A stretch of 64,000 nt of DNA from Pseudomonadota bacterium. Lineage in GTDB: Bacteria; Pseudomonadota; Gammaproteobacteria; Burkholderiales; Burkholderiaceae_F. Numbering within the stretch: the stretch's first letter is position 1; each line of letters begins with the position of its first letter. The position numbers and the translations under genes were made by a program. The stretch spans positions 41,915 to 105,914 of the forward strand of contig JAKAFN010000002.1 in NCBI GenBank assembly GCA_021825945.1, in the 5' to 3' direction. The notes beneath the pieces are model-generated. The model saw only the letters and a program-made list of their open reading frames with translations, made no database searches and had not been told where the DNA came from. Of this stretch, positions 1-9,910 are shown piece after piece.

Positions 1-405
1 GTCGCGCATGGGGCACTGCGCTACATGCCGACCTATCAGGGCGCGCCCTTCTGGGATCTGTCGTCGCTGGGCGGCGATCGCAGCGTCATCGGCGAAATGC
101 AGCCCCTGCGCGGCTATGGCTATGACCGATTCGTCGGCCGCAACAGCATGGCAGCAAGTATCGAATTGCGCGACCGGGTGGCCGACCTGCACATGATGGA
201 TTCCAACATTCAGTTCGAACTCGCGCCCTTCCTGGACACCGGCAAGGTATTCTCTGCCATGGCCGGTGACCCCTTTGCCCACGTCCACGCCGCAGGCGGA
301 ATGGGCTTCCGGCTCATCGCGCCGCCGTTCATCGTCGGCTATGTGGATGTCGGCGTGGGTAGCGAGGGCCCCGCCGTCTTCACCGGAATCAACTATCCGT
401 TCTGA
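1..405 (+). CDS. BamA/TamA (Omp85) family outer-membrane beta-barrel, C-terminal fragment (5' part outside window)
   Basis: Frame open from base 1. Contains LRGYGYDRF (Omp85 RGY/RGF-like loop motif) and amphipathic strands, and ends GINYPF with a terminal Phe. Confidence 0.7.
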   Translation, partial: VAHGALRYMPTYQGAPFWDLSSLGGDRSVIGEMQPLRGYGYDRFVGRNSMAASIELRDRVADLHMMDSNIQFELAPFLDTGKVFSAMAGDPFAHVHAAGGMGFRLIAPPFIVGYVDVGVGSEGPAVFTGINYPF

Positions 406-417
406 AACGACCCGGCC

Positions 418-1650
418 ATGGAACCCACCGCGACCATTTTCGTCCTGGTCTACGCCGGCATGCTGGCGGGCGGCCTGCCTTTCCTGCAACTCGACCGCGC
501 CGGCATCGCCCTGCTCGGGGCGATCGGCCTGCTGGCATCCGGCACCATTTCCCTCGATCAGGCGATGCACGCAATCCACGTTCCGACGCTGCTGTTGCTT
601 TTTTCCTTCATGGTCATTGCGGCGCAATTGCGGCTGGGCGGGTTCTACGCGTGGATCGCCGACCGGATCGGCGCCATGAATGTCGGTCCGCACGCCCTGC
701 TGGCTGCGCTGGTCGTCGCGGTAGCGGGACTCGCGGCGGTATTCAGCAACGACGTCGTCTGTCTCGCCGTGGCGCCGGTATGGATCGAGATCTGCGAGCG
801 ACGACGCCTCGATCCCGTACCCTTCCTGCTGGCGCTCGCCTGCGCCGCCAATATCGGCTCGGCAGCGACCCTGATCGGCAATCCACAGAACATGCTCCTC
901 GGGGGCGCGCTGGGTCTGTCTTTTTCCGGTTACCTGAAAACCGCGGCGATTCCGGTGCTGGCCGGAATCGGCGTGACATGGCTGGTGATTGCGCGAATCT
1001 GGCGGAAACGCTGGGGCCTGCCCGCGACCGGGGCAGACGCCACCGTCGACCGACATCGCGAAGGCGGAGATGGATTCCTCGATCCCTGGCAGGCGGCCAA
1101 GGGGCTCGTCGTCGCCGCGACGCTCTTCGGACTTTTTCTCGCGTCCGATCGGCCACGGGAAATCCTCGCCCTCGGCGGCGCCGGGATCCTGTTGCTTTCG
1201 CGCAAGTTGCACTCGCGCGACATGCTCGGGCAGGTCGACTGGCAGGTTCTGGTGTTGTTCATCGGCCTGTTCATCGTCAACGGCGCGCTCGAACGAACCG
1301 GGCTGCCGCGAGAGGCGGTTTCCGCCTTGGCGGCACACGGCGTGGACCTGCGGCATCCGGCGGTACTCTACGGCGTCACGTTCCTGCTCAGCAACCTCGT
1401 CTCCAACGTGCCGGCGATCATGCTGCTGCTCCCCGCGGCTTCCCATCGGGACGGAGCCCTGCTGGCCCTGGCGAGCACCTTCGCCGGAAACCTGCTGGTG
1501 GTCGGCAGCATCGCCAACATGATCGTGCTCGACGCGGCGGCGCAACGGGGAATCCGGATTTCCTGGAAACAACATGCGATGGTCGGCATTCCGGTTACCG
1601 CAATCACCCTCGGCGTCGCGGCGGCGACACTGCTTCCCGGAATGGGCTGA
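418..1650 (+). CDS. Anion permease, ArsB/NhaD/SLC13 (ion transporter superfamily)
   Basis: 410 aa, highly hydrophobic. Motifs LDRAGIALLGA, FSNDVVCL, AANIGSAATLIGNPQN, LSNLVSNVPA, GNLLVVGSIAN. Confidence 0.85.
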   Translation: MEPTATIFVLVYAGMLAGGLPFLQLDRAGIALLGAIGLLASGTISLDQAMHAIHVPTLLLLFSFMVIAAQLRLGGFYAWIADRIGAMNVGPHALLAALVVAVAGLAAVFSNDVVCLAVAPVWIEICERRRLDPVPFLLALACAANIGSAATLIGNPQNMLLGGALGLSFSGYLKTAAIPVLAGIGVTWLVIARIWRKRWGLPATGADATVDRHREGGDGFLDPWQAAKGLVVAATLFGLFLASDRPREILALGGAGILLLSRKLHSRDMLGQVDWQVLVLFIGLFIVNGALERTGLPREAVSALAAHGVDLRHPAVLYGVTFLLSNLVSNVPAIMLLLPAASHRDGALLALASTFAGNLLVVGSIANMIVLDAAAQRGIRISWKQHAMVGIPVTAITLGVAAATLLPGMG

Positions 1651-1867
1651 GCACCGCGTCCGCGACGAGAACCGCTCCGGCAACCCAGGAGAAGTGCGCG
1701 AACTTCCCCGCGGACCCGGATCGGCATACCGATCGAGCGGTTCCATCGCCGCCCCCCACGATGCGTTCCGTAACCATGAGTTCGATTTCATGCACGACAC
1801 GCCGGATCTCGCCCAACACCATCACGTCATGATATATTTGGGCGGCTCCGCGTTTGTGTAGAAGCGT

Positions 1868-3460
1868 GTGATTCGCTTGATCAACTGGCACCGTTATTCC
1901 AAAAAGCTACCGGCCTCGCAATTCCTCCTCCTGAACGTGGCCTTGGGTATCGGGCACGTCATCGTGGTGCTGGGCGCCGGCGCCTTTCTGCCCATCCTGC
2001 CGAACGTCGCGGCGAGCCTGGGCCGGGGCATGCCCTACGCCGTGTGGGGGCAGAGCGACTACGTGGCCGCGATGGCCGCGGCATTCTTGATCGCGCGGCC
2101 GCTCATGCGCCGCTACGGTGCCCGGCACGTCGCGCTGGGCGCCTACATGCTGTTTTCGGCAGCCGGACTTGCGGTCGTCGCATCGCTGCAGGTCTACCCC
2201 TTGTTTACGGCGGCACGCACCGTGCAGGGGTTCGCCGCCGGTGTGAGCATCGCCCCGTCGCTCGCGCTCCTGCTCGAACAATACAAATCGCACCATCACC
2301 GCACCGCCACGTCGATCTGGACGCTGGCGATGTTCATGCCCTTTTCGGTCGGACCCGCATTGGGTGGCTACTTCGGCTATGTCCTGGGCGACTGGCGCTG
2401 GATGTTCGCGGTGTTTTCCGCGGTGACGCTGATCGTGGCGGGAGTCGCCTGGGCATTGACCGGCAATTCGACGCGTGATCCTGACGCGCCGCTCGCTCCG
2501 TTTCTCGGGCTGTTCGCGCTTTTTTCGGCGGCGGCCCTGGCGATCCAGGAACTCTACAACGTCGCCATCCTGAGCGACATGACGACCCACACGCTGTCGT
2601 CGTGGTGGATCGTGCTCGCATTCCTGCTGCTTGCGGGGCTCTTCTGGGTCACCAATACGGAGAGCGAGACTCCGCTGATCCGCTTCGCCCTCTTCCGCTA
2701 CCGCAACTACGCATTCGGGCTTGCGATGCTTTGCATTGCCTTCACGGGCATCCAAGGGTCCCTGGTGCAGTATGTCCTGCGCATTCAGAGCATCGAGGGC
2801 TATACCGCCTGGCATGCCGGTCTGCTGTTCCTGCCGATCTTCGTCCTTTCCAAGCCGATGAGTCTGCGCGCCCACTACTGGATTCACCACGGCTACGACC
2901 CTCGGCTGCTGGCCTGCGCCGGGGCGGTGGGCTTCGCCGGGAGCTTCTGGTGGATGGGCGAAACCATGCGCCCCACGACCTGGGAGACGCTGTTGTGGCC
3001 GCAACTGCTCGAGGGCGCCGCACTCGGCGTGTTCATCACCGCGATGAACGCCATCATCCTCACCAACGTCCCGCCAGCGGAACAGATTCACGCCGTCGAT
3101 GTCATCAACACCGCGCGCACGATCAGCGCGGCCTGGATCATCGCCATGTCCGATGTCTTCTGGGATCGCTACGCTGCCTCGGCACGCAGCCATCTGACCT
3201 CGCCGGACATCGGCGACACCGGGCGCTGGATCGCCGGGCGCTACCCGGAGTCGGTCGCACCCGGAACCGCTTCGTTCCACGAACTCGGAATCCGCGTCGC
3301 ACAGCAGGCGGGCTGGGTCACGTTCAACGCCATGTTCCATACCCTGGCCGTCTGTTTTGCGGCATTCGCCGCGCTCATCTGGCTGGCAAGCGCCCGCCAC
3401 ATCTCGCATCGGGTGGATGACCTGGAACGCGTCGTCGAATCCTTGGGAGAGGACCTGTGA
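1868..3460 (+). CDS. MFS efflux transporter, DHA2 (EmrB/QacA-like)
   Basis: 530 aa with about 14 hydrophobic segments. ARTVQGFAAG and GPALGGY motifs; adjacent to OMF and MFP genes. GTG start is uncertain. Confidence 0.8.
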   Translation: MIRLINWHRYSKKLPASQFLLLNVALGIGHVIVVLGAGAFLPILPNVAASLGRGMPYAVWGQSDYVAAMAAAFLIARPLMRRYGARHVALGAYMLFSAAGLAVVASLQVYPLFTAARTVQGFAAGVSIAPSLALLLEQYKSHHHRTATSIWTLAMFMPFSVGPALGGYFGYVLGDWRWMFAVFSAVTLIVAGVAWALTGNSTRDPDAPLAPFLGLFALFSAAALAIQELYNVAILSDMTTHTLSSWWIVLAFLLLAGLFWVTNTESETPLIRFALFRYRNYAFGLAMLCIAFTGIQGSLVQYVLRIQSIEGYTAWHAGLLFLPIFVLSKPMSLRAHYWIHHGYDPRLLACAGAVGFAGSFWWMGETMRPTTWETLLWPQLLEGAALGVFITAMNAIILTNVPPAEQIHAVDVINTARTISAAWIIAMSDVFWDRYAASARSHLTSPDIGDTGRWIAGRYPESVAPGTASFHELGIRVAQQAGWVTFNAMFHTLAVCFAAFAALIWLASARHISHRVDDLERVVESLGEDL

Positions 3461-4887
3461 AGCATTTCCGCATTGCCTGCGGGCTCCTCGCCGCCGGCGC
3501 ACTGTCGACCGCCTGCGTGGCCCCCATTCCCAAGTCGCCCCGGCCCATCACCGCCTTGCATGTTGCCACGACGGGCGGAAGCGACCGCCCCATCACGCCC
3601 GATTGGTGGCGGCAGTTTGCCGACCCGCAGCTCGACCGCCTGGTGGCGGTCGCGCTGGCCGACAGTCCCGGACTGGCGGAATCTCGGGCCCGTGTGATGG
3701 CCGCCAACGCCGACGTCTCGCGCGTCGATGCGCTGCTGTACCCGCATGCGCAGGCAGGTGCCACGGTGATCCATGGCCACAATTCGTACAACGGCAATCT
3801 GTATATCTACAACGGCAAAACCTACTCGCTGGGCGTCATCGACCCGCTGCAGGTCGATTACCACCTCGACATCTGGGGAGAAGATCGCGAGCGGGTGGCC
3901 GTCGCAGAGGCCGACGCGCGGGTCACCCAGGCCTGGCAGGCGCAGACCGAACTCCAGCTGACCGCTGCGGTGATCAAGACGTACTTTGCATGGCAGACGG
4001 CAAACCACTTGGTGGCAGAACAGGAAGCGCTGGTCGAACTCGCCGATGAAGCCCGCCGCATCATCGCCGCCGCCGTGCGCGCCGGTGTGCAACCGCCTTC
4101 GGTGGAGGTTACGCAGCGCGCGGCATGGGATCGCGCGCGCGCCCGGCTCACCGAACTGACGCAGCGCCGCGCCGCGCTGCGCTATGCGCTGCTGGCGCTC
4201 CTGGGGAAGGACTCCTCGGCGGCCGTCCTGCTCGACACGCGCGCCGATCTACCCGCGCCGAAGCGCTTCCCCCTGCCCGCAACGATCGACCTCGATACCC
4301 TTGCAGCCCGTCCTGACATCCAGATCGCGCTATGGCGGGCGCAGGCGGCCCGCCACCGCAAGAAACTGGCGAAGATCGCCTATTACCCGGACATTCATTT
4401 GACCGCATTCGCCGGCCTGACCAGCCTCGGGCTTGCCAAGATGTTCTATTCCAACAGCGAAGGGTTTGCCGTCGCTCCGGCGATCCGCCTGCCGTTGTTC
4501 GAGGGCGGAGCGCTCGACGCCAATCTGCATGCGCGCGCCGCCGCCTATGACGCCACGATCTACGCCTACGACAAGACGGTCCTCGATGCGGCGGCGCAAG
4601 TCGCGACCGACCTCGCCGAACTCGACAACAGCAAGCGGAACTTCGCCGATGACGCCGATGTCCGCGAGGAAGCCGACCGTCTGGCGGCAATCGCCGACAC
4701 GGCGTACCGCAGCGGCGTCCTCCCACGCCTCGTGCGCGTACGCGCACGGATCCGGCAGCGCAGCGCCGACATGGCCATCCAAAACGGAACGCTGCGCTGG
4801 CTCACCGCAATCACCGATACCGCGACCGATCTGGGCGGCGGTGCCCACCAGCCCTCATCAGCCCAATCCCTGTCGGACCTACGATGA
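3457..4887 (+). CDS. Efflux outer-membrane lipoprotein (NodT/OprM/TolC family)
   Basis: Lipobox LSTAC; DWWRQFADPQLDRLV, RPDI and LPLFEGG motifs. GTGA overlap with the MFS stop. Confidence 0.87.
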   Translation: MKHFRIACGLLAAGALSTACVAPIPKSPRPITALHVATTGGSDRPITPDWWRQFADPQLDRLVAVALADSPGLAESRARVMAANADVSRVDALLYPHAQAGATVIHGHNSYNGNLYIYNGKTYSLGVIDPLQVDYHLDIWGEDRERVAVAEADARVTQAWQAQTELQLTAAVIKTYFAWQTANHLVAEQEALVELADEARRIIAAAVRAGVQPPSVEVTQRAAWDRARARLTELTQRRAALRYALLALLGKDSSAAVLLDTRADLPAPKRFPLPATIDLDTLAARPDIQIALWRAQAARHRKKLAKIAYYPDIHLTAFAGLTSLGLAKMFYSNSEGFAVAPAIRLPLFEGGALDANLHARAAAYDATIYAYDKTVLDAAAQVATDLAELDNSKRNFADDADVREEADRLAAIADTAYRSGVLPRLVRVRARIRQRSADMAIQNGTLRWLTAITDTATDLGGGAHQPSSAQSLSDLR

Positions 4888-6035
4888 ATACCACTCCGAA
4901 GACCAAGACCCGCTATCGACGCCTGCGAGCCGTCGCCGTGCTCGCCGTTGCTGCGGCGCTGATGGCATATGCCTATTGGGATCTCTTCCTGAGCACCACG
5001 ATCCGCAGCGATGACGCCTATGTGGCCGGCAACATCATCCCGGTGCAAGCGCTCGTCCCCGGTGTCGTATGGAGGGTCGAAGCCGACAACAGCATGATGG
5101 TGCGGGCAGGACAACCGCTGGTCGAGCAGGATCCGAACCTGCTGCGCGCGCGGATGGAGAACAGCGCCGCGGCGCTCGCCGAAGCGGTACGACGGATCCG
5201 AAGCGAAATCGCCGAGGCGTCCCAATCGGACCACCAGCTCGCCGCATTGCGCCTGCAACGCCAGAAGGTCGCCGACGATCTGCAACGCTATGCGCTCGCC
5301 GAGGCCGGAGGCGCGGTCTCGCACCAGAAAGTCGCCGACACCCGCGCCGACTTGGCGATCCTCGACCGGCGAATCGCCGCGGCCCAGGGAAACTACGCCA
5401 AGGCGCAAGCGCTCGTGGCCAACACCGATACGCGGAACAACCCGCTGGTGCTACAGAAGCGCGCCGATTTCCTCTCGCGCTACATCGAACTCCGCCGCAG
5501 CCGTGTGATGGCGCCGATCGATGGATTCGTCGCCAACCGGCGGGCCGAGGCAGGCCAACGCGTGGCTGCCGGCCAACTGCTGATGAACATCGTCTCGCTG
5601 AAGGACCTCTGGGTGACTGCGAACATCAAAGAGACCGAGATGGCCGGCATCCGGCCGGGGCAGTCGGTACGCATCACCAGCCATCGATACGGAGCTCCCG
5701 CCACCTATCACGGAACCGTCCTGGGCGTCGAGCCGGCTGGCGGCAGCACCTTCAGCCTGTTCCCCCCCGACAACGCCACCGGAAACTACATCCACATCAT
5801 CGAGCGTGTCCCGGTGCGCATCGGTATCGACCCGAAGGATCTCGCCAGCAATCCGTTGCGTCCCGGAATGTCGGTACACGTGGCCATCGACACCACGCAC
5901 GGCGGCGCGTCGGCGCCGGATTCGGTTCTCCGTTCCGACGTGACTGCGGCCGGCAACAGCTACGCCACCCGCATCTATCAAGCGGAAATGGCCGTCGCCG
6001 AAGCGGCGGCAGACCGCATCATCCGCTCGAACTGA
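4884..6035 (+). CDS. HlyD/EmrA family membrane fusion protein
   Basis: N-terminal TM anchor, SDDAYVAGN, APIDGFV, PPDNATGNYIHIIERVPVRI, LRPGMSV. ATGA overlap with the upstream gene. Confidence 0.88.
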   Translation: MNTTPKTKTRYRRLRAVAVLAVAAALMAYAYWDLFLSTTIRSDDAYVAGNIIPVQALVPGVVWRVEADNSMMVRAGQPLVEQDPNLLRARMENSAAALAEAVRRIRSEIAEASQSDHQLAALRLQRQKVADDLQRYALAEAGGAVSHQKVADTRADLAILDRRIAAAQGNYAKAQALVANTDTRNNPLVLQKRADFLSRYIELRRSRVMAPIDGFVANRRAEAGQRVAAGQLLMNIVSLKDLWVTANIKETEMAGIRPGQSVRITSHRYGAPATYHGTVLGVEPAGGSTFSLFPPDNATGNYIHIIERVPVRIGIDPKDLASNPLRPGMSVHVAIDTTHGGASAPDSVLRSDVTAAGNSYATRIYQAEMAVAEAAADRIIRSN

Positions 6036-6075
6036 CCCGGACGAACGCTGCTTCGCGCCCGCCGGCAGGGACCGC

Positions 6076-7128
6076 TCACACCGCCGTCGTCATTCGCCAA
6101 CGACAGACGTCGCGTCCCAGCGCGGAAAACTCCTGATCTCCGGCCATCACCGGGGGAATTTCGTCGGGCGTGCCCCGCACCAGGCGCACCGTTCCCGGGT
6201 TGCGCGGCAGGCCGTAGAAATCCGGCCCGAATTCGGAAGAAAATGCCTCCAACCGGTCCAGGGCTCCGGCCTGCTCGAACACCGTGGCATAAAGCGGCAA
6301 CGCGAACGGCGCGGTGAAGCAGCCTGCGCAGCCGCATGCCGACTCCTTGTCCCGTCTTGGATGCGGCGCACTGTCCGTCCCCAGGAAGAAGCGCGGGTTG
6401 CCACTCACGGCCGCGGCCACCAGCGCGCGACGATGGTCTTCGCGCTTGAGCACCGGCAGGCAGTAGTAGTGCGGGCGCATGCCGGCGGAACCATCCGCAC
6501 CCACGAACATCGCATTGCGGTTGTATGCCAGATGGTGCGCGGTGATCGTTGCCGCGATGCGCCCCGGCGCCTCGCGCACATACTCGACGGCCTCCCGGGT
6601 CGTGATGTGCTCGAGCACCACGCGCAGCGCCGGAAAGTCGCGCCGGAGAGGAATCAGCACCTCGTCCAGAAAAATCCGCTCCCGGTCGAATACGTCGGCA
6701 TCGGGCCGCGCCACCTCGCCGTGAACCAGCAAGGGCAGATCGGCACGCTGCATGGTTTCGAGCGCCGCCGTGCAATCGGCGATCGACCGCACGCCGAACT
6801 GGGAATTGGTCGTTGCCCGCGCCGGGTAGAGCTTGACGCCATGGACGAACCCGCTTTCACGAGCACGGACGATTTCCTCCGCCGACGTCGCCCCCGTCAG
6901 GTACAGCGTCATGAGCGGTTCGAATCGCATGTCCGCGGGCAGCGCCCCAAGGATGCGCGCACGATAGGAGCGCGCCTGCTCCACCGTCGTCACCGGGGTA
7001 CGCAGATTGGGCATGACGATCGCGCGGGCGAATGTCCGGGCAGTCCAGGGCAGCACGGCCGTCATCACGGCATCGTCGCGCAAGTGCAGGTGCCAGTCGT
7101 CGGGCTGGCGAATCGTGATCGGTTCCAT
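6076..7128 (-). CDS. pyrC: Dihydroorotase (type II, homodimeric)
   Basis: PDDWHLHLRD, VMPNL, KLYPARATTNS, LVHGE, EHITT, FLGTDSAPH, CGCAG motifs. Confidence 0.97.
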   Translation of the reverse strand: MEPITIRQPDDWHLHLRDDAVMTAVLPWTARTFARAIVMPNLRTPVTTVEQARSYRARILGALPADMRFEPLMTLYLTGATSAEEIVRARESGFVHGVKLYPARATTNSQFGVRSIADCTAALETMQRADLPLLVHGEVARPDADVFDRERIFLDEVLIPLRRDFPALRVVLEHITTREAVEYVREAPGRIAATITAHHLAYNRNAMFVGADGSAGMRPHYYCLPVLKREDHRRALVAAAVSGNPRFFLGTDSAPHPRRDKESACGCAGCFTAPFALPLYATVFEQAGALDRLEAFSSEFGPDFYGLPRNPGTVRLVRGTPDEIPPVMAGDQEFSALGRDVCRWRMTTAV

Positions 7129-7158
7129 GATGGTCCTTCGGAACCGGCCCGAGGATCG

Positions 7159-7878
7159 TCACGGGAAGGTTCCACAAAAATGGTCGCTGTCGATATATAC
7201 AACATCCGGGGCGGATACCGCCTGCACCGGCCGGTCGGCGACCCAACTCACCGCCCCGCAAGCACCCTCGCCCAGGAGGAACGGATGCCAATGTACGCCA
7301 GGCCGCGCCGGCCCCGCTTCCCGGAACCGGATCCGCATCGTCGACGCATCGAGACCGATGCCGAGCGCCTTGCCGATCGCTTCGAGTTCACACCAGTGGG
7401 CGATCGCGTCGACGTCACGCCACCCGAAAGCCCCCTCGCGCCAGGGCCGCAGGAATGCACGTACCGCCTCGGCTGCGCCAAGTCGCACACACTCGACGTC
7501 GATGCCGACGCGTGACTGCGCACTGAACACCGCCGCGAAATGCGTCCCGCAATGCGACAAGGAGCAAAACACCGGTTCTCCGGCAATGCATAGCGTTACC
7601 GGACCCGGACCCGCGGACGCCTCGACGCGCGGCGGCGGCACCCCGAACCAGCGCGCCGCCAGGAGCCGCAGGACGATCCGCCCGTAAACGTAATCGAGTT
7701 TGCGTTGCGCGCGAAGGATCCCACGGGCACGTGCGATCTCGGCCGCAGTCAGCAAACCGACCCACTGCCGTACCACGCGCATGCGATGCCCCGATCGATT
7801 TGCAACGACATACGCGGCCGGCGCCGGGATCGACGTCGATACCGGTCCGTACCTTCCTTGGACGGTACCCATCGGCAC
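7159..7878 (-). CDS. 4'-phosphopantetheinyl transferase (Sfp-like); start uncertain
   Basis: SLSHC, VGIDVE and WCELEAIGKALGIGL match PPTase motifs. Last gene of an ACP-containing operon. Confidence 0.8.
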   Translation of the reverse strand: MPMGTVQGRYGPVSTSIPAPAAYVVANRSGHRMRVVRQWVGLLTAAEIARARGILRAQRKLDYVYGRIVLRLLAARWFGVPPPRVEASAGPGPVTLCIAGEPVFCSLSHCGTHFAAVFSAQSRVGIDVECVRLGAAEAVRAFLRPWREGAFGWRDVDAIAHWCELEAIGKALGIGLDASTMRIRFREAGPARPGVHWHPFLLGEGACGAVSWVADRPVQAVSAPDVVYIDSDHFCGTFP

Positions 7879-7882
7879 GGCG

Positions 7883-9160
7883 TCAGAAGAAGTACCGCGC
7901 GCCGAGCGTCACCCGATTTCCCAGGAGACTGGTGCCGAACTCCGATCCGACGGGACCGGCGGTATGCGTGATCGCCAGCCGGAAATCGGTGTGTTCGGTG
8001 ATGGACTTGATGAGTTCGAACTCCGTCAACGTACTGCCGTCCAACCCCGACAGCACGTTGATCGACGCCTGCCCGCCGTTGGCAAAAACATATTCGACGT
8101 GACAGAAAAGATTGCTCGCCCATGGCAGTTCCAGTGCCTGCGCATCGAGCGCAAGCGCGTCGGCGGCAAGCGCAGGGTTGGCGATCGCGCGATCCGCCTG
8201 CAAGGCCAGATCCCAGTTCCGCTGTTCGGCCTTCGTCATGCCGGAATCGTTACGCTGGAACTCCATGCGCACGCCGATCCCCGGGGAGACGTTCCATTGC
8301 ATCCCCAGCATTGCACGACGATAGAACGCCGGCGACGATCGGCGATCGACGAACACGCTCCCCGTTGGATCCGGCCCGTAGAGTGCCGTCGACAGCATGG
8401 GGAAACGGCTTCCGCGCTGCAAGAAAACCGCGGAATAGACCGAACCTTGCGCCGCCAGCAGGCAGCTTCCGCTGGCGCCGCCACCGAGCGCCATGTCACT
8501 CGGCTTCTGCAACAGACCCAAGGCATGGCAAGCGTCTCCGGTGAATCGCCCCGCGATCAGTCCCTGTTTGATCCCCCGATTGAATCCGGGATTGAGCGCA
8601 TTGAAGGCATACCCCGTGCTGTCGGGCCGATCATCGCTGTAGATCGCCTCCAGCGTATGGTGGGCGTCCCCTACCGAGTAGCGCAACGCCGGGAAGCCGT
8701 TCGACCGGTACGAATAGTCGAAAAAATCGGTCGATGCGATGTTGTCGGTGAGGAAATCCAGCACATGCGCATAAAACCCGTCGTCGAAGGATTCGGTGTA
8801 CTTGCCGATCGTCCACCGGCCTCCCAGGAAGTCGCCGCCGGCCGACAGCATCAGCAGCGATGTCCGCCGAGTCACGGTCGAAAACGCCGTCCCATCCACC
8901 CCTCCGCGATCGACCCCATAATCGCTCTTGATGCGAAACGACATGCCATCGATGGAACCGTCGACGACCACGGCAGCGGCACCTCCCGTCGTCGGAAACC
9001 CGGTCAGCGCCCCCGGATCCGCCACCCGGCGCACTGCGGTGTAACTCCCTTTGGTGACCACGGTCTCGGCGAGGGAAACATCACCGGCGCATACCGCGGT
9101 CGGAACGACGGGCAACAATAGCGACGCCGCGATGACGGCCAGCCTGCCGCATTTGCTCAC
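7883..9160 (-). CDS. Putative outer-membrane beta-barrel protein of the biosynthetic cluster
   Basis: GTG start at 9160 overlaps the upstream TGA (GTGA). Signal-peptide-like N-terminus (LAVIAASLLLPVVPTAVCA), aromatic/Gly-rich strands, C-terminus RVTLGARYFF. Confidence 0.65.
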   Translation of the reverse strand: MSKCGRLAVIAASLLLPVVPTAVCAGDVSLAETVVTKGSYTAVRRVADPGALTGFPTTGGAAAVVVDGSIDGMSFRIKSDYGVDRGGVDGTAFSTVTRRTSLLMLSAGGDFLGGRWTIGKYTESFDDGFYAHVLDFLTDNIASTDFFDYSYRSNGFPALRYSVGDAHHTLEAIYSDDRPDSTGYAFNALNPGFNRGIKQGLIAGRFTGDACHALGLLQKPSDMALGGGASGSCLLAAQGSVYSAVFLQRGSRFPMLSTALYGPDPTGSVFVDRRSSPAFYRRAMLGMQWNVSPGIGVRMEFQRNDSGMTKAEQRNWDLALQADRAIANPALAADALALDAQALELPWASNLFCHVEYVFANGGQASINVLSGLDGSTLTEFELIKSITEHTDFRLAITHTAGPVGSEFGTSLLGNRVTLGARYFF

Positions 9161-9909
9161 TCCGCAAAACCATCTACCGTGAAACGACCCGCGGGGCAAA
9201 TCCCCGGGTCGACCCGGCGGATTTCCAATAGCGTGACCGCGCCGGGATCTGCAGGGTCCATGAACCAGGTTTTGACGATCAGGCGCCGGCCGCCGAGGAC
9301 GGTCGGTCGACCATAGCGGGCGATCTTGAACAGTTTCCCGCTGCCGAGGAAAAAGCGTGCGGCGATCGGCCAGCCGGTCTTGTGATCGACCGTGACCGCG
9401 ATGCGCTGGTATGCACGATGCGTCGTCGTCGCGTGCAGATCGATCACCATTGCGTCGGCGCCGGCAGCCGCCGCTCCGCCTTGCCCTTGCGCTGCGACCG
9501 GCGCCCACGACGCCGTATACCTGCCGACCCAATGCGACCGGGCAAGATCGCCATAACTTGCCTGCCCCAGGATGCGCTCGATCGGCGTGATCGCGATCGT
9601 CCTGCTGCTATGCGGCATGCGTACCCAGACGTTCTGCCCCTGCATCAGGACGCGCTCCGACGCATAGCGCCCGCTCAGGACGTCGATTTCCGCGGCATCC
9701 CGTCCGATGCAGACGCGCATGTCTTCCACACCCCATTTCGCACTGGTCAGGCGGATGCGTAGCTGCCCCTCGGCATTGCCGACTCGAACCCGATCGATCG
9801 CGGCCAGCACGGCGGCGGGATCGGGGGAAGGGATGCCGGCGCCGTGCGCCGGCGGACCCCCGGCAATCAGCGCCGCCGTGACGATCCGGGAAATACGGCG
9901 GTGAGTCAT
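9157..9909 (-). CDS. LolA-like outer-membrane lipoprotein-sorting family protein
   Basis: Signal peptide, VLMQGQNVWVRMP, RILGQASYGDL, YQRIAVTVD, FFLGSGKLFK. Lies next to a LolCDE-type ABC. Start moved to the ATG just after the permease stop. Confidence 0.7.
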   Translation of the reverse strand: MTHRRISRIVTAALIAGGPPAHGAGIPSPDPAAVLAAIDRVRVGNAEGQLRIRLTSAKWGVEDMRVCIGRDAAEIDVLSGRYASERVLMQGQNVWVRMPHSSRTIAITPIERILGQASYGDLARSHWVGRYTASWAPVAAQGQGGAAAAGADAMVIDLHATTTHRAYQRIAVTVDHKTGWPIAARFFLGSGKLFKIARYGRPTVLGGRRLIVKTWFMDPADPGAVTLLEIRRVDPGICPAGRFTVDGFAE

Positions 9910-9910
9910 G

